A stretch of DNA of 44,046 nt. Source: Frankiales bacterium. Its GTDB lineage: Bacteria; Actinomycetota; Actinomycetes; Mycobacteriales; SCTD01. Positions 35,106 to 43,624 of this stretch are shown here, piece after piece. Position numbers and translations under genes: made by a program. The stretch is from NCBI GenBank assembly GCA_043732345.1, contig JAYTHS010000048.1, positions 1 to 44,046 on the forward strand, read 5' to 3'. The notes below the pieces were generated by a model that was given only the letters and a program-made list of their open reading frames with translations, made no database searches and was not told the origin of the DNA. The first letter of the stretch is position 1. Each line of letters begins with the position of its first letter.

Positions 35106-35783
35106 ATGCGGTCCGGCACGAGCCGCGACACTAGTGGGGTGGTCCTCGCCCTGGTCGTGCTGCTCGTGGCGCTCGGGGTCGGTCTGCTCCTGGGCGGTCG
35201 GGTCGGCCGGCTCGCCGGGCTGTCGCTGAGCCGGACCTGGCTCGTCCCGGTCGCGCTGGTCGTGCAGGTCGGCGGAGCCCTGCTGGGACTCCAGCTGTCG
35301 CTGGTGCCTGCGTTCGTCATCGTCGGAGCCTTCCTGCTCTTGAACCGGGCGGTCCCCGGGCTGCCGCTGGTGGGGGTGGGCCTGCTCGTCAACTCGCTGG
35401 TCATCGTCCTCAACGCCGCGATGCCGGTCTCGCTGGCGGCGACGGCCGCCGCCGGTGTGAGCACCGAGGACATCCTCACCGGGGCCGACTCCCGGCACGT
35501 CGTCGCTGACGGAAGCACCCACCTGCGGTGGCTCGGCGACGTCGTGCCCGTGCCGCTGCCCGTCCACCCGGAGGTCGTGAGCCCCGGCGACACCCTCGTC
35601 GCGGCCGGCCTGGCCCAGCTGGTCGTGGTCGGGATGCTCCCGGTCGGCTGGGCTGCGCCCGCGAGAGGTGTGCGTAGGCTGGAGGCCGTCGTCTCGAGGA
35701 GGAACCCCATGGCCAAGAGGGGCCGCAAGCGCCGCGCGCGCAAGAAGTCCGGTGCCAACCACGGCAAGCGTCCCAACGCCTGA
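35106..35783 (+). CDS. DUF5317-like polytopic membrane protein; the ORF runs on, in frame, through the bL37 coding sequence to the same stop
   Basis: There are four or five hydrophobic segments, followed by NAAMPV...LGDVVPVPLPVHPEVVSPGDTLVAAGLAQLVVVGM. No stop codon occurs before 35781-35783. Confidence 0.7.
   Translation: MRSGTSRDTSGVVLALVVLLVALGVGLLLGGRVGRLAGLSLSRTWLVPVALVVQVGGALLGLQLSLVPAFVIVGAFLLLNRAVPGLPLVGVGLLVNSLVIVLNAAMPVSLAATAAAGVSTEDILTGADSRHVVADGSTHLRWLGDVVPVPLPVHPEVVSPGDTLVAAGLAQLVVVGMLPVGWAAPARGVRRLEAVVSRRNPMAKRGRKRRARKKSGANHGKRPNA
35709..35783 (+). CDS. 50S ribosomal protein bL37 (24-aa actinobacterial micro-protein)
   Basis: MAKRGRKRRARKKSGANHGKRPNA resembles the bL37 peptide seen in mycobacterial ribosome structures. 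The strong SD GAGGAGGA (35696-35703) lies 6 nt before the ATG at 35709. Confidence 0.75.
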   Translation: MAKRGRKRRARKKSGANHGKRPNA

Positions 35784-35825
35784 CCTGTCCAGCACCTCGT
35801 GAGCCCTCCGCCGCCGGCGGGGGGC

Positions 35826-36659
35826 TCACGTCGTGTCGAGGGTCCTGGCGAGCCCGCTCGCGAGGTCGACGACCGGTTCCCAGCCGAGCAGCCGGCGGGC
35901 TGAGGACGCGTCGAGCATGGGCGCCGGCGCGACCTCGCCCGGGACCCGCTCGGGGGCGTCCGGACGGCCGAGCGCCGCGGCGAGCAGACTCGTCAGGTCG
36001 CGGTCGCTGGTGCCCACGCCGGTTCCGACATTGAGGCGCCGCCCGTCGGCCTGACCGTCCAGGCACCGGACCACGACCTCGGCCAGGTCGTCGACGTGCA
36101 GCAGGTCCCGCAGCGCGGTGCCCGCTCCCGTCAGCGGCGCGCCCGAGATGAGCCGGGCCACCGGGCCGGTCCGGTCATGGCGGCCGTAGACGGTGGCCAC
36201 CCGCAGCACGACCGCGCGCAGGCCTCGCCGCCCAGCGGCATCGACCAGCGCCTCCCGCGCCACCTCGACAGCACCCTGCGTCGTGACCGGGGCGAGCCGG
36301 GTGCGCTCACCGACCGGGCCGACTACCCGCCCGTACCCGGAGGCGCACCCGACCAGGACGAGCCGTGCCGGCGTGTGCACCAGCGCCACGGTCGCTGCGA
36401 CGTCGCGCCCTGGGTCACCGGAGGTCGCGGCGTGCACCACGACCTCCGGCTCGGCCCGGGCCAACAGCTCGGGAAGCCCGCCCCCCTCGAGCTCGAGGCG
36501 GTGGAAGCGGAAGTGCTTGCTGCGCCGCGAGTGCGCCGTCGACGACAGCAACCCGGTCGACAGGTCATCGACGCCCGTGACGTCGTGCCCGTCGGCCAGC
36601 AGACGGTGGCACAGGTTGCTCCCGACGAAGCCCGCCGCCCCGGCGACGAGCACCCTCAC
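35826..36659 (-). CDS. NAD-dependent epimerase/dehydratase-family protein lacking the catalytic YxxxK (probably non-catalytic)
   Basis: The Rossmann motif VLVAGAAGFVGSNL is intact. Where the extended-SDR PxxxYxxxK should be, the sequence reads PVTTQGAVEVAREAL (Y to Q, K to E by manual alignment). The GTG at 36659 overlaps the galE stop (GTGA). Confidence 0.8.
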   Translation of the reverse strand: MRVLVAGAAGFVGSNLCHRLLADGHDVTGVDDLSTGLLSSTAHSRRSKHFRFHRLELEGGGLPELLARAEPEVVVHAATSGDPGRDVAATVALVHTPARLVLVGCASGYGRVVGPVGERTRLAPVTTQGAVEVAREALVDAAGRRGLRAVVLRVATVYGRHDRTGPVARLISGAPLTGAGTALRDLLHVDDLAEVVVRCLDGQADGRRLNVGTGVGTSDRDLTSLLAAALGRPDAPERVPGEVAPAPMLDASSARRLLGWEPVVDLASGLARTLDTT

Positions 36660-37615
36660 GACGTGCGCAGCTGCCAGCCCGCCCAGGCGCTGGCCACCAT
36701 CGCCCTCAGGTCGTGCTGCGCCGTGAAGCCCAGCCCGTCTCGGATCCGGTCGACCGCCGCGACCACCCGAGCCGGGTCGCCGGCCCGCCGGGCGACGACG
36801 TCGTACGACGTGTCGAGGCCCGTGACGGACTCGACGACGGCGAGCACCTCGAGCACGCTGCTGCCCACGCCCCGGCCGATGTTGTACGTCGCTCCGGGGG
36901 CTCCCGCGTCGAGCGCCCGGGCCGCCGCCAGGTGGGCAGCAGCGATGTCGACGACGTGCACGTAGTCGCGGATGCAGGTGCCGTCGGGAGTCGGGTAGTC
37001 GGCCCCGAAGACCTGCGGTCGCTCCCCCTTGCTCAGGGCCCGGAAGACCAGCGGGACCAGGTTGAAGACTCCCGGGTCACCGAGCTCGGCGGTCGCGGCG
37101 CCCGCGACGTTGAAGTAGCGCATCGACGTGACCCGCATGCCGTAGGCCCGCTCGCAGTCGCGCAACAGCCACTCGCCGACGAGCTTGGTCTCGCCGTACG
37201 GGCTCAGGGGCGCGCCGGGAACGTCCTCGTCGACCAGGTCGACGTCGGGCAGGCCGTAGGTCGCGGCACTGCTGGAGAACACGACCTTGTCGACGCCCTT
37301 GTCCCGGCAGCTGTCGAGCAAGGCGACCAGGCCCTCGACGTTCTCGCGGTAGTAGAGGAGCGGGTCTGCCATCGACTCGCCGACCTGCTTCTTGGCCGCG
37401 ATGTGGACGACGCCGGTCACCGCGTGCTCCCGCAGGACCCGGCGCACGAGGCCACGGTCCCGGATGTTGCCCTCGACCAGCTCCGCGCCGACGACCCGGT
37501 CAGCGTCACCGGTCGACAGGTCGTCGAGCGCGACGACCTGCTGCCCGTCGGCGACCATCGCCCGCATCACGTGCGCCCCGATGTACCCCGCCCCGCCCGT
37601 GACCAGCCAGCTCAT
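36656..37615 (-). CDS. galE: UDP-glucose 4-epimerase
   Basis: MSWLVTGGAGYIGAHV...SSSAATYG...SPYGETKLVGE (YxxxK)...RYFNVAGA. ATG at 37615; the 61-codon extension in the ORF track has no family match. Confidence 0.9.
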   Translation of the reverse strand: MSWLVTGGAGYIGAHVMRAMVADGQQVVALDDLSTGDADRVVGAELVEGNIRDRGLVRRVLREHAVTGVVHIAAKKQVGESMADPLLYYRENVEGLVALLDSCRDKGVDKVVFSSSAATYGLPDVDLVDEDVPGAPLSPYGETKLVGEWLLRDCERAYGMRVTSMRYFNVAGAATAELGDPGVFNLVPLVFRALSKGERPQVFGADYPTPDGTCIRDYVHVVDIAAAHLAAARALDAGAPGATYNIGRGVGSSVLEVLAVVESVTGLDTSYDVVARRAGDPARVVAAVDRIRDGLGFTAQHDLRAMVASAWAGWQLRTS

Positions 37616-37635
37616 GCCAGAGAGGCTAGTGGCGG

Positions 37636-37917
37636 CTACTCCGCGCGGTACTCGACGTGGTCGATCTCGCGCCGCACCTGCTGCAGGCGGACCAGGACCC
37701 GGTCGCGCAGGTCCAGGGGGGCTGCGTCGCAGCACGACCGGGCGACCAGCGCTTTGACTGCCTGCTCGAGTCCGTACTGCCGAAGGCACGGCGCGCACTC
37801 GTCGAGGTGGATCCGCACGCCGTCGCGGTGGACGGAGTCCTGCTCGCCGTCGAGATAGAGGTAGACGGCCTCGAGGACCTCGCTGCAGGGGGTCTCGTGA
37901 GGGTCGCCGCAGCTCAT
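37636..37917 (-). CDS. rshA: Redox-sensing zinc-associated anti-sigma factor (RshA/RsrA)
   Basis: The ZAS motif is HLDECAPC (Hx3Cx2C), with conserved N-terminal Cys residues. There is an ATGA overlap with the upstream sigma gene. Confidence 0.9.
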   Translation of the reverse strand: MSCGDPHETPCSEVLEAVYLYLDGEQDSVHRDGVRIHLDECAPCLRQYGLEQAVKALVARSCCDAAPLDLRDRVLVRLQQVRREIDHVEYRAE

Positions 37918-38495
37918 GACTCGGCCTTGACCAGCCCGCGCTCCTGCGCGTAATCGGCGAGCATCGTGCGCAGGCCCCGTCGTCCCCGGTGCAACCGCGA
38001 CATCACGGTGCCGATGGGCGTCCCCATGATCTCGGCGATCTCCTTGTAGGAGAAGCCCTCGACGTCGGCCAGGTAGACCGCCATCCGAAAGTCCTCGGGG
38101 AGCTTCTGGAGGGCGTCCTTGACGTCACTGTCGGGAAGGTGGTCCATCGCCTCCATCTCGGCGCTGCGCAAGCCCGTCGAGCTGTGAGCCTCCGCCGCGG
38201 CGAGCTGCCAGTCCTCGATCTGGTCGGTGCCGGACTGCAGCGGCTGGCGCTGCTTCTTGCGGTAGCTGTTGATGAAGGTGTTCGTGAGGATCCGGTAGAG
38301 CCAGGCCTTGAGGTTGGTGCCCTCCTGGAACTGGTGGAACGCCGCGAAAGCCTTGACGAAGGTCTCCTGGACCAGGTCCTCGGCGTCGGCCGGGTTGCGC
38401 GTCATCCGCAGGCCAGCTGAGTAGAGCTGGTCGAGGAAGGGCAGCGCGTCACGCTCGAAGCGCGCGGACCGCTGCTCGCTGGTCTCCTCGACCAT
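37914..38495 (-). CDS. sigH: ECF sigma factor SigH/SigR (thiol-oxidative stress); an in-frame upstream ATG at 38639 could give a 48-aa longer isoform
   Basis: Region 2 reads [36 protein letters not shown]. Region 4 reads [39 protein letters not shown]. The ATG at 38495 is preceded by GAGGAGG; the ATG at 38639 is preceded by AGGAGG. Confidence 0.9.
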   Translation of the reverse strand: MVEETSEQRSARFERDALPFLDQLYSAGLRMTRNPADAEDLVQETFVKAFAAFHQFQEGTNLKAWLYRILTNTFINSYRKKQRQPLQSGTDQIEDWQLAAAEAHSSTGLRSAEMEAMDHLPDSDVKDALQKLPEDFRMAVYLADVEGFSYKEIAEIMGTPIGTVMSRLHRGRRGLRTMLADYAQERGLVKAES

Positions 38496-38673
38496 GACCA
38501 CCTCCTCAGGCAAGCCCAACTCTAGCGGCCCGTCCGGGGCCTCCCTGCCGTACGGCAGCAGGTCCGTAGACGGGGCGGACCCGAACCATGGCGCCAGGGC
38601 GCCGGCGTCGACCGTGGGCCGCGTGGGGCAGCTGGCCATGCGGAGACCTCCTAGGACAAGTGGTGCCCCATAT

Positions 38674-38701
38674 AACGCGCGCTCCCGTCACGCTTCTTCC
38701 C
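38674..38701 (-). promoter_or_regulatory. Candidate SigH/SigR-type promoter (GGGAAG-N19-GTTA) upstream of the long-isoform ATG
   Basis: The minus strand reads GGGAAG (38701-38696), then 19 nt, then GTT (38676-38674). The consensus I recall is GGAAT-N18-GTT, so the spacing is off by one and the last -35 base differs. Confidence 0.3.
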
Positions 38702-39325
38702 GGGACGACGGCAGGTCCCCCAGCCACGCTGTCGCCGCAGACCGCACGACCGGACCGGCCGGGGCACTGCCCTGGCGGACGGCGAAGGCGTGGTCGGCGC
38801 CCGCGACCACGACCGCCCCGTCCGGCACGCCGAAGGCATCGCGCTCCCCCTGGACGACCAACAGCGGTACGACGACGCCGGCAAGCTCGGCGCTGCGCGA
38901 AGGGCCGCCACCGGGCGGCTGCAGCGGGAAGGCCAGGCACAGGACCGCGTCCGCCCCGACGGCCGTGGCGGTCCGGCAGGCGACCCGGGCTCCGGCGCTG
39001 CGGCCTCCGTTGACCAGCGGGGTGCCCGAGAGGTCGGCCAGCACCTCGGTCCAGGCGATGTCGAGCCGGGACGGCGCCTCGGCGACCCGGCTACCCCGGA
39101 CCGTCCACGGCTGCTCGACCAGGGAACCCGGAAACCGAGGTCGCGGGCAGTGGCCGCCGCCGCCTGGAGGTCCAGAGCGTCGGTCCCCCCTCCGGCCCCG
39201 TGCCCCAGCACTAGCAGCCCAGGGCCCCGTCCGGAGAGCTCGACCCGGGCCGCACCGACGCGCGTCGGGCACAGGTAGGGGGACAGGAGCGACGCGGGTG
39301 TGGGCGGCACAGGTGTGGGCGACAC
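38688..39325 (-). pseudogene. Alpha/beta hydrolase (dienelactone-hydrolase / KANL3-Tex30-like), split by a 1-nt frameshift
   Basis: The N-terminal part, ORF 38651..39325, reads sensibly only to ...LLVLGHGAGGGTDALDLQAAAATARDLGFRV. The continuation SLVEQPWTVRGSRVAEAP...NGGRSAGARVA...LVVQGERDAFG...ADHAF is in ORF 38688..39272. The junction lies at the GGG/CCC runs around 39121-39131. Confidence 0.6.
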
Positions 39326-39349
39326 GGACGCGAGGGTAGGGACCAGCTC

Positions 39350-40111
39350 ATGACCTTCTCGGCCCCGGAGGAGCGGCGCCTACTGCCCGGCCTCTCGCCG
39401 TCCATCGGCTACCTGGACTTCTACGCGCAGGTGGCCGGAGCCCAGCTCGCCGACTGGGCGCCGCCGACACCAAGTCGGGTGCTGGACCTGTCCGATGACG
39501 GTCTGCAGTGGGCCCGGCAGCTCGCGGCCGCCGGCCATGCGGTGCTGCACGTCGACCGCCCCGGCAGCCTGCCGGACGCTGGGGCGACCGTCCCCGGCAT
39601 CACCACGGTGAAGGCCGACTGCAACGGCCTGGACTGGCTGGCGGACGGCTGTGTCGACGCCGTGCTCGCGGAGGGCCAGTCGCTGTCGAGGTGCCTGGCG
39701 ACGGAGCAGACCTGCCGGGAGCTGTTCCGGGTGCTGCGCCCCGGGGGGCGCATGCTCCTCGTCGTGGACTCGCTTGTGACCGGGCTGGCGCGACTGGCCG
39801 ACCAGGGCCGGTGGGCCGAGCTGGCCGACGTCCCGTTCGCCGACTGCGTGCTCGTCCCGCAGGAGGACGGGGGGGTCAGCCGCTGCTTCCGGCCCGAGGA
39901 GCTCGCCACCCTGCTGGTCGACAGCGGGATGCAGGTGCAGTGGGTCCGGTCGCGCACGATCCTGACGCTGGCGATGGTGAACCGGGCCCTCGACCACGGC
40001 CAGCCGGCCGCGATGCCGGTGCTGCTGCGCACCGAGCTGGCGCTGGCGGCTGAGCGCGAGGGAGAGGCCTCCGGTCTGCACCTGGTCGCCTCCGCCCGGC
40101 GACCGGTCTGA
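39350..40111 (+). CDS. Class I SAM-dependent methyltransferase
   Basis: Motif I-like VLDLSDDG, the post-I acidic segment, and VLRPGGRMLLVV. The substrate is unknown. Confidence 0.8.
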   Translation: MTFSAPEERRLLPGLSPSIGYLDFYAQVAGAQLADWAPPTPSRVLDLSDDGLQWARQLAAAGHAVLHVDRPGSLPDAGATVPGITTVKADCNGLDWLADGCVDAVLAEGQSLSRCLATEQTCRELFRVLRPGGRMLLVVDSLVTGLARLADQGRWAELADVPFADCVLVPQEDGGVSRCFRPEELATLLVDSGMQVQWVRSRTILTLAMVNRALDHGQPAAMPVLLRTELALAAEREGEASGLHLVASARRPV

Positions 40112-40142
40112 GCCCTCGGCCACTGCTGCCGCGGGGCCTGTC

Positions 40143-40496
40143 CTAGGAGGCGCTCGCCTCGTAGGTCTCCTGGTCGGCCAGGCAGCGCGCCGCCTCGGGA
40201 CGGAACTCGAGGCGCTCAGTCGGGATCTGCGTGCCGCAATCGACGCACACGCCGTACGTGCCGGCGTCCAGGCGGGCGAGCGCCTCGGTGGCCTCGCGGC
40301 CTCGCTGCTGAGCGGCCTCGACGAGGGCGTCCTCACGGTCACTCTCGCTCACGTCCGACGCGGTGTCGGAGGGGTGCGCGTCGACCAGTTCCACCTCGCT
40401 GCCGTCCTCGGTCTCATCGTGCTCCAGCGCCTCGACGCTGCCCTGCGCCTCGCGCAGGACCTGCTCGAGCTCGGAACGGACGGCATCGAGGTCCAC
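40143..40496 (-). CDS. DksA/TraR-family zinc-finger protein
   Basis: An acidic coiled N-terminal region is followed by YGVCVDCGTQIPTERLEFRPEAARCLADQ (CxxC-N17-CxxD). The GTG at 40496 is preceded by AGGAGA. Confidence 0.75.
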   Translation of the reverse strand: MDLDAVRSELEQVLREAQGSVEALEHDETEDGSEVELVDAHPSDTASDVSESDREDALVEAAQQRGREATEALARLDAGTYGVCVDCGTQIPTERLEFRPEAARCLADQETYEASAS

Positions 40497-40582
40497 GGTG
40501 GTTCTCCTGGTGTCTGGTGCGGCTGCAGCGGGTGAGGACCAGTGTCGTGCGTCCGGCGGGCGGGTCGCCAAGGGCCCCTCCC

Positions 40583-40621
40583 CCGGTCCCGTCAGCCGGT
40601 CCCGTCAGCCGGTCGTGTCAG
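40583..40621 (+). repeat. 13-bp tandem repeat x3 (CCGGTCCCGTCAG) plus a partial fourth unit; the third unit contains the stop codon of the SRAP gene
   Basis: 40583-40595 and 40596-40608 ccggtcccgtcag; 40609-40621 ccggtcgtgtcag; 40622 onward ccggtgccc. Confidence 0.8.
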
Positions 40622-41286
40622 CCGGTGCCCGCGACGGGCAGCACCAGCTGCGGTCCGTCGTTGCGGGCGTTGCCCACCGCCTTGCCCACCGGCCAGGCCT
40701 GCAGGACCCCCGCCACCCCGGGGACGAGCAGGTCGCCGGGATCGGTGAGCGCGGGGTCCAGCCAGGTCGCCCACGACGACCTGGGAACCAGCAGGGGAGT
40801 CCGGTCGTGGATCTCACCGAGCTCGTCGGGGGCAGCCGTGGTCAGCACCGTGCAGGTCGACAGCCACGCCCCGTCGGGGGCACGCCAGTGCTCGAACAAG
40901 CCGGCCATCGCCAGTGGCCCACCGTCGTGCGACGTGAGATACCAAGGCTGCTTGCCCGATGCCTCGGGCTTCCACTCGTAGTAGCCGTCGGCAGGCAGAA
41001 GGCAGCGGCGCTTGGCGAAGGCGGAGCGGAACGCCGGCGTGGACGGAACCGTCTCGGCCCGCGCGTTGATGAGCCGGGCCGCTCCCTTGGTGTCCTTGGC
41101 CCACGACGGGACCAACCCCCAGCGCAGCACGCGCAGCTCGCGGCGCTCCCGCTGCACGACCGCCCAGACCCGGTCGGTGGGGGCGACGTTCCATGTCGGC
41201 GCGAGCTCCTCGAGCGGCGGTTCCTCGACCTCGAAGTAGTTGACGAGGTCCTCGGGACGCCGGCTGGAGGCATAGCGGCCGCACAC
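40618..41286 (-). CDS. SOS-response-associated peptidase (SRAP/YedK, abasic-site DNA-protein crosslink)
   Basis: The N-terminal MCGRY (catalytic Cys2), then WNVAPT...LRWGLVPSW...INARAET...RRCLLPADGYYEW. Confidence 0.9.
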   Translation of the reverse strand: MCGRYASSRRPEDLVNYFEVEEPPLEELAPTWNVAPTDRVWAVVQRERRELRVLRWGLVPSWAKDTKGAARLINARAETVPSTPAFRSAFAKRRCLLPADGYYEWKPEASGKQPWYLTSHDGGPLAMAGLFEHWRAPDGAWLSTCTVLTTAAPDELGEIHDRTPLLVPRSSWATWLDPALTDPGDLLVPGVAGVLQAWPVGKAVGNARNDGPQLVLPVAGTG

Positions 41287-41366
41287 CGCTACCGCACGAC
41301 CAGCATCGTCGGCAGGGCGAGACGTGTCACGACCCCGACGGTACGGCGGCCTGCGACCATGGCCGC

Positions 41367-42638
41367 ATGACCTCCGCCTGGCCCGCGCCGCGCCCCCGCG
41401 GGCCGCTGTCCGCGACCATCACCCTGCCCGGTTCGAAGTCGCTCACCAACCGGGCCCTGGTCCTCGCGGCGCTGGCGGCCGGGCGCTCGGTCATCCGGCG
41501 ACCCCTGCGCAGCCGCGACAGCGAGCTGATGGTCGCGGCCCTGCGGGTGCTGGGCGTGAGCGTCACCGACGACGGTGACGACTGGGTGGTCGACGGGGTG
41601 CCCGGCCCGCTTCAGCCGACAGCTGACGTCGTCGACGTCGGCAACGCCGGGACGGTGGCCCGCTTCCTCCCGCCGGTGGCTGCACTGGCTCGGGGGACCG
41701 TGACCTTCGACGGGGACCCACGGATGCGCGAGCGGCCGCTCGGTGAGCTTCTGCGGGCCTTGCAGAGCCTCGGAGCTGACCTTTCCTCGACGACCGGCCT
41801 GCCGACCACGGTGCACGGGAAAGGCTCCCTGGCAGGAGGTTCGGTCGTCCTGGACGCCTCGCAGAGCTCCCAGCTCGTCAGTGGGCTGCTGCTGGCCGCT
41901 CCTCGCTTCGAGCAGGGTGTCGCGGTCACGCACTCCGGCACCACGCTGCCGAGCCAGCCGCACCTGGCGATGACTGTGGACGCCCTGCGCGCCAGCGGGG
42001 CGCACGTCGACGACACGGTCCCGGGCACCTGGCGGGTCGCGCCGGGGCCGCTGCTGCCCCGGGACGCAGCCGTCGAGCCGGACCTGTCCACTGCCGCGGC
42101 CTACCTGGCCGCACCGCTCGTAGCCGGCGGGTCGGTGACGATCGAGGACTGGCCCGCTGACACCCGCCAGCCGGGTGCGGTGCTCCCAGACCTGCTGGAG
42201 CAGATGGGTGGAGTCGTCACGCGCCGCGGCCGCGCCTTGACCGTGAGCGCCGGCACCGGCCTGCACGGGCTGCAGGCCGACCTGCGCGACGCACCCGAGC
42301 TGACCCTCGTGCTCACCGCGCTGGCAGCGCTGGCCGACTCCCCCAGCCGCTTCTGGGGCGTGGCGCACGTCCGGCTCCAGGAGACCGACCGGCTGGCGGC
42401 CCTCGCCACCTCCCTGACGGCCCTCGGCGGTGACGTGACCGAGGCCCCCGACGGGATCACCGTCCGGCCCCGCCCGCTGACCGGCGGGCTGCTCTCGTCC
42501 TACGACGACCACCGCGTCGCGATGGCCTGGGCGGTGCTCGGCCTCGGGGTCGACGGGATCGAGGTCGACGACATCGCGACGACCCGCAAGACCGTGCCGG
42601 ACTTCATCGGTACCTGGTCCCGGATGCTCGGGGCCTGA
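41367..42638 (+). CDS. aroA: 3-phosphoshikimate 1-carboxyvinyltransferase (EPSP synthase)
   Basis: LPGSKSLTNRALVLAALA...GNAGTVARFL...DHRVAMAWAVLGL. Confidence 0.95.
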   Translation: MTSAWPAPRPRGPLSATITLPGSKSLTNRALVLAALAAGRSVIRRPLRSRDSELMVAALRVLGVSVTDDGDDWVVDGVPGPLQPTADVVDVGNAGTVARFLPPVAALARGTVTFDGDPRMRERPLGELLRALQSLGADLSSTTGLPTTVHGKGSLAGGSVVLDASQSSQLVSGLLLAAPRFEQGVAVTHSGTTLPSQPHLAMTVDALRASGAHVDDTVPGTWRVAPGPLLPRDAAVEPDLSTAAAYLAAPLVAGGSVTIEDWPADTRQPGAVLPDLLEQMGGVVTRRGRALTVSAGTGLHGLQADLRDAPELTLVLTALAALADSPSRFWGVAHVRLQETDRLAALATSLTALGGDVTEAPDGITVRPRPLTGGLLSSYDDHRVAMAWAVLGLGVDGIEVDDIATTRKTVPDFIGTWSRMLGA

Positions 42639-42641
42639 CGG

Positions 42642-43610
42642 GTGCCCCGGGAGCTCGACGAGGACGACGTCCGCGTCCGCCCGCCTCGCAGCACCCGACC
42701 CCGCACCAAGGAGCGGCCCGGCCACCTCGACGCCTCACCGGGGGTCGTCGTCACGGTCGACCGGGGTCGCTACCGGGTGCTCGTCGACGGGGAGGTCGTC
42801 ACGGCGGTCCGCGCCCGGGAGCTGGGGCGGCGAGCCGTGGTGGTGGGGGACCGGGTGGCGCTCGTCGGCGACCTCGCCGGCGGCCCCGACTCCCTCGGTC
42901 GGGTCGTCCGCGTCGAGCCCCGCACGTCCCTGCTGCGTCGTACCCCTGACGACACCGATCCCGTCGAGCGCGCCGTCGTCGCCAACGCGGAGGTGCTCGT
43001 GGTCGTCACGGCGCTGGCCGACCCGGTCCCCCGCCCCCGACTGGTCGACCGGTGCCTGGTCGCGGCGTTCGACGGTGGGCTGGTGCCTCTGCTCTGCCTG
43101 ACCAAGAGCGACCTCGCGAGTGCCGACGAGCTCCTCGCGCTCTACGAGCCACTGGGCGTCGAGGCTGTCGTCACAGGGACCGGGACCGGGGTGGAGGAGC
43201 TGCGGGAATGCCTGCAGGACAGGGTGTCCGTGCTGTTCGGTCAGTCCGGTGTCGGGAAGTCGACGCTCGTCAATCAGCTCGTCCCCGACGCTCTGCGTGC
43301 GGTCGGCGTGGTCTCCGGTGTGGGCAAGGGACGGCACACCAGCAGCTCGGCGATCGCGCTGTCGCTGCCTGGTGGGGGAACGGTCATCGACACCCCAGGG
43401 ATCCGGTCGTTCGGCCTCGGTGCGGTCACCCCGGCGGGCGTGCTGGCGGCGTTTCCCGACCTGGCGGAGGCCTCGCAGCAGTGCCCACCGGGCTGCGCCC
43501 ACACCGGGCCGCCCTGCGCCCTGGACCTGCTCGTCGCGCAGGAGCAGGCCCGGCCGGAGCGGCTGGAGTCCTTCCGCCGGCTGCTGAGCAGCCGCGACGG
43601 CGACCTGTAG
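42642..43610 (+). CDS. rsgA: Ribosome small-subunit-dependent GTPase A
   Basis: An OB-fold N-terminus, a circularly permuted GTPase (LTKSDL, GQSGVGKSTLVN), and the C-terminal zinc motif CPPGCAHTGPPCA. Confidence 0.9.
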   Translation: MPRELDEDDVRVRPPRSTRPRTKERPGHLDASPGVVVTVDRGRYRVLVDGEVVTAVRARELGRRAVVVGDRVALVGDLAGGPDSLGRVVRVEPRTSLLRRTPDDTDPVERAVVANAEVLVVVTALADPVPRPRLVDRCLVAAFDGGLVPLLCLTKSDLASADELLALYEPLGVEAVVTGTGTGVEELRECLQDRVSVLFGQSGVGKSTLVNQLVPDALRAVGVVSGVGKGRHTSSSAIALSLPGGGTVIDTPGIRSFGLGAVTPAGVLAAFPDLAEASQQCPPGCAHTGPPCALDLLVAQEQARPERLESFRRLLSSRDGDL

Positions 43611-43624
43611 GTCCACGCCGGGGC

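Noticed and set aside
38516-38546. A second SigH/SigR-like motif (GGGAGG-N19-GTTG) inside the 48-codon sigH extension, about 22 nt upstream of the short-form ATG.
   Set aside because: The -35 matches only 4 of 6 and the spacing is off by one. In the Streptomyces model the internal promoter is housekeeping-type rather than SigR-type. It is noted only as a possibility.
41415-41435. tRNA T-arm-like string GGTTCGAAGTC.
   Set aside because: It lies inside aroA, encoding the conserved LPGSKSLTN motif. There is no acceptor or anticodon stem context. No tRNA or rRNA signatures were found elsewhere.
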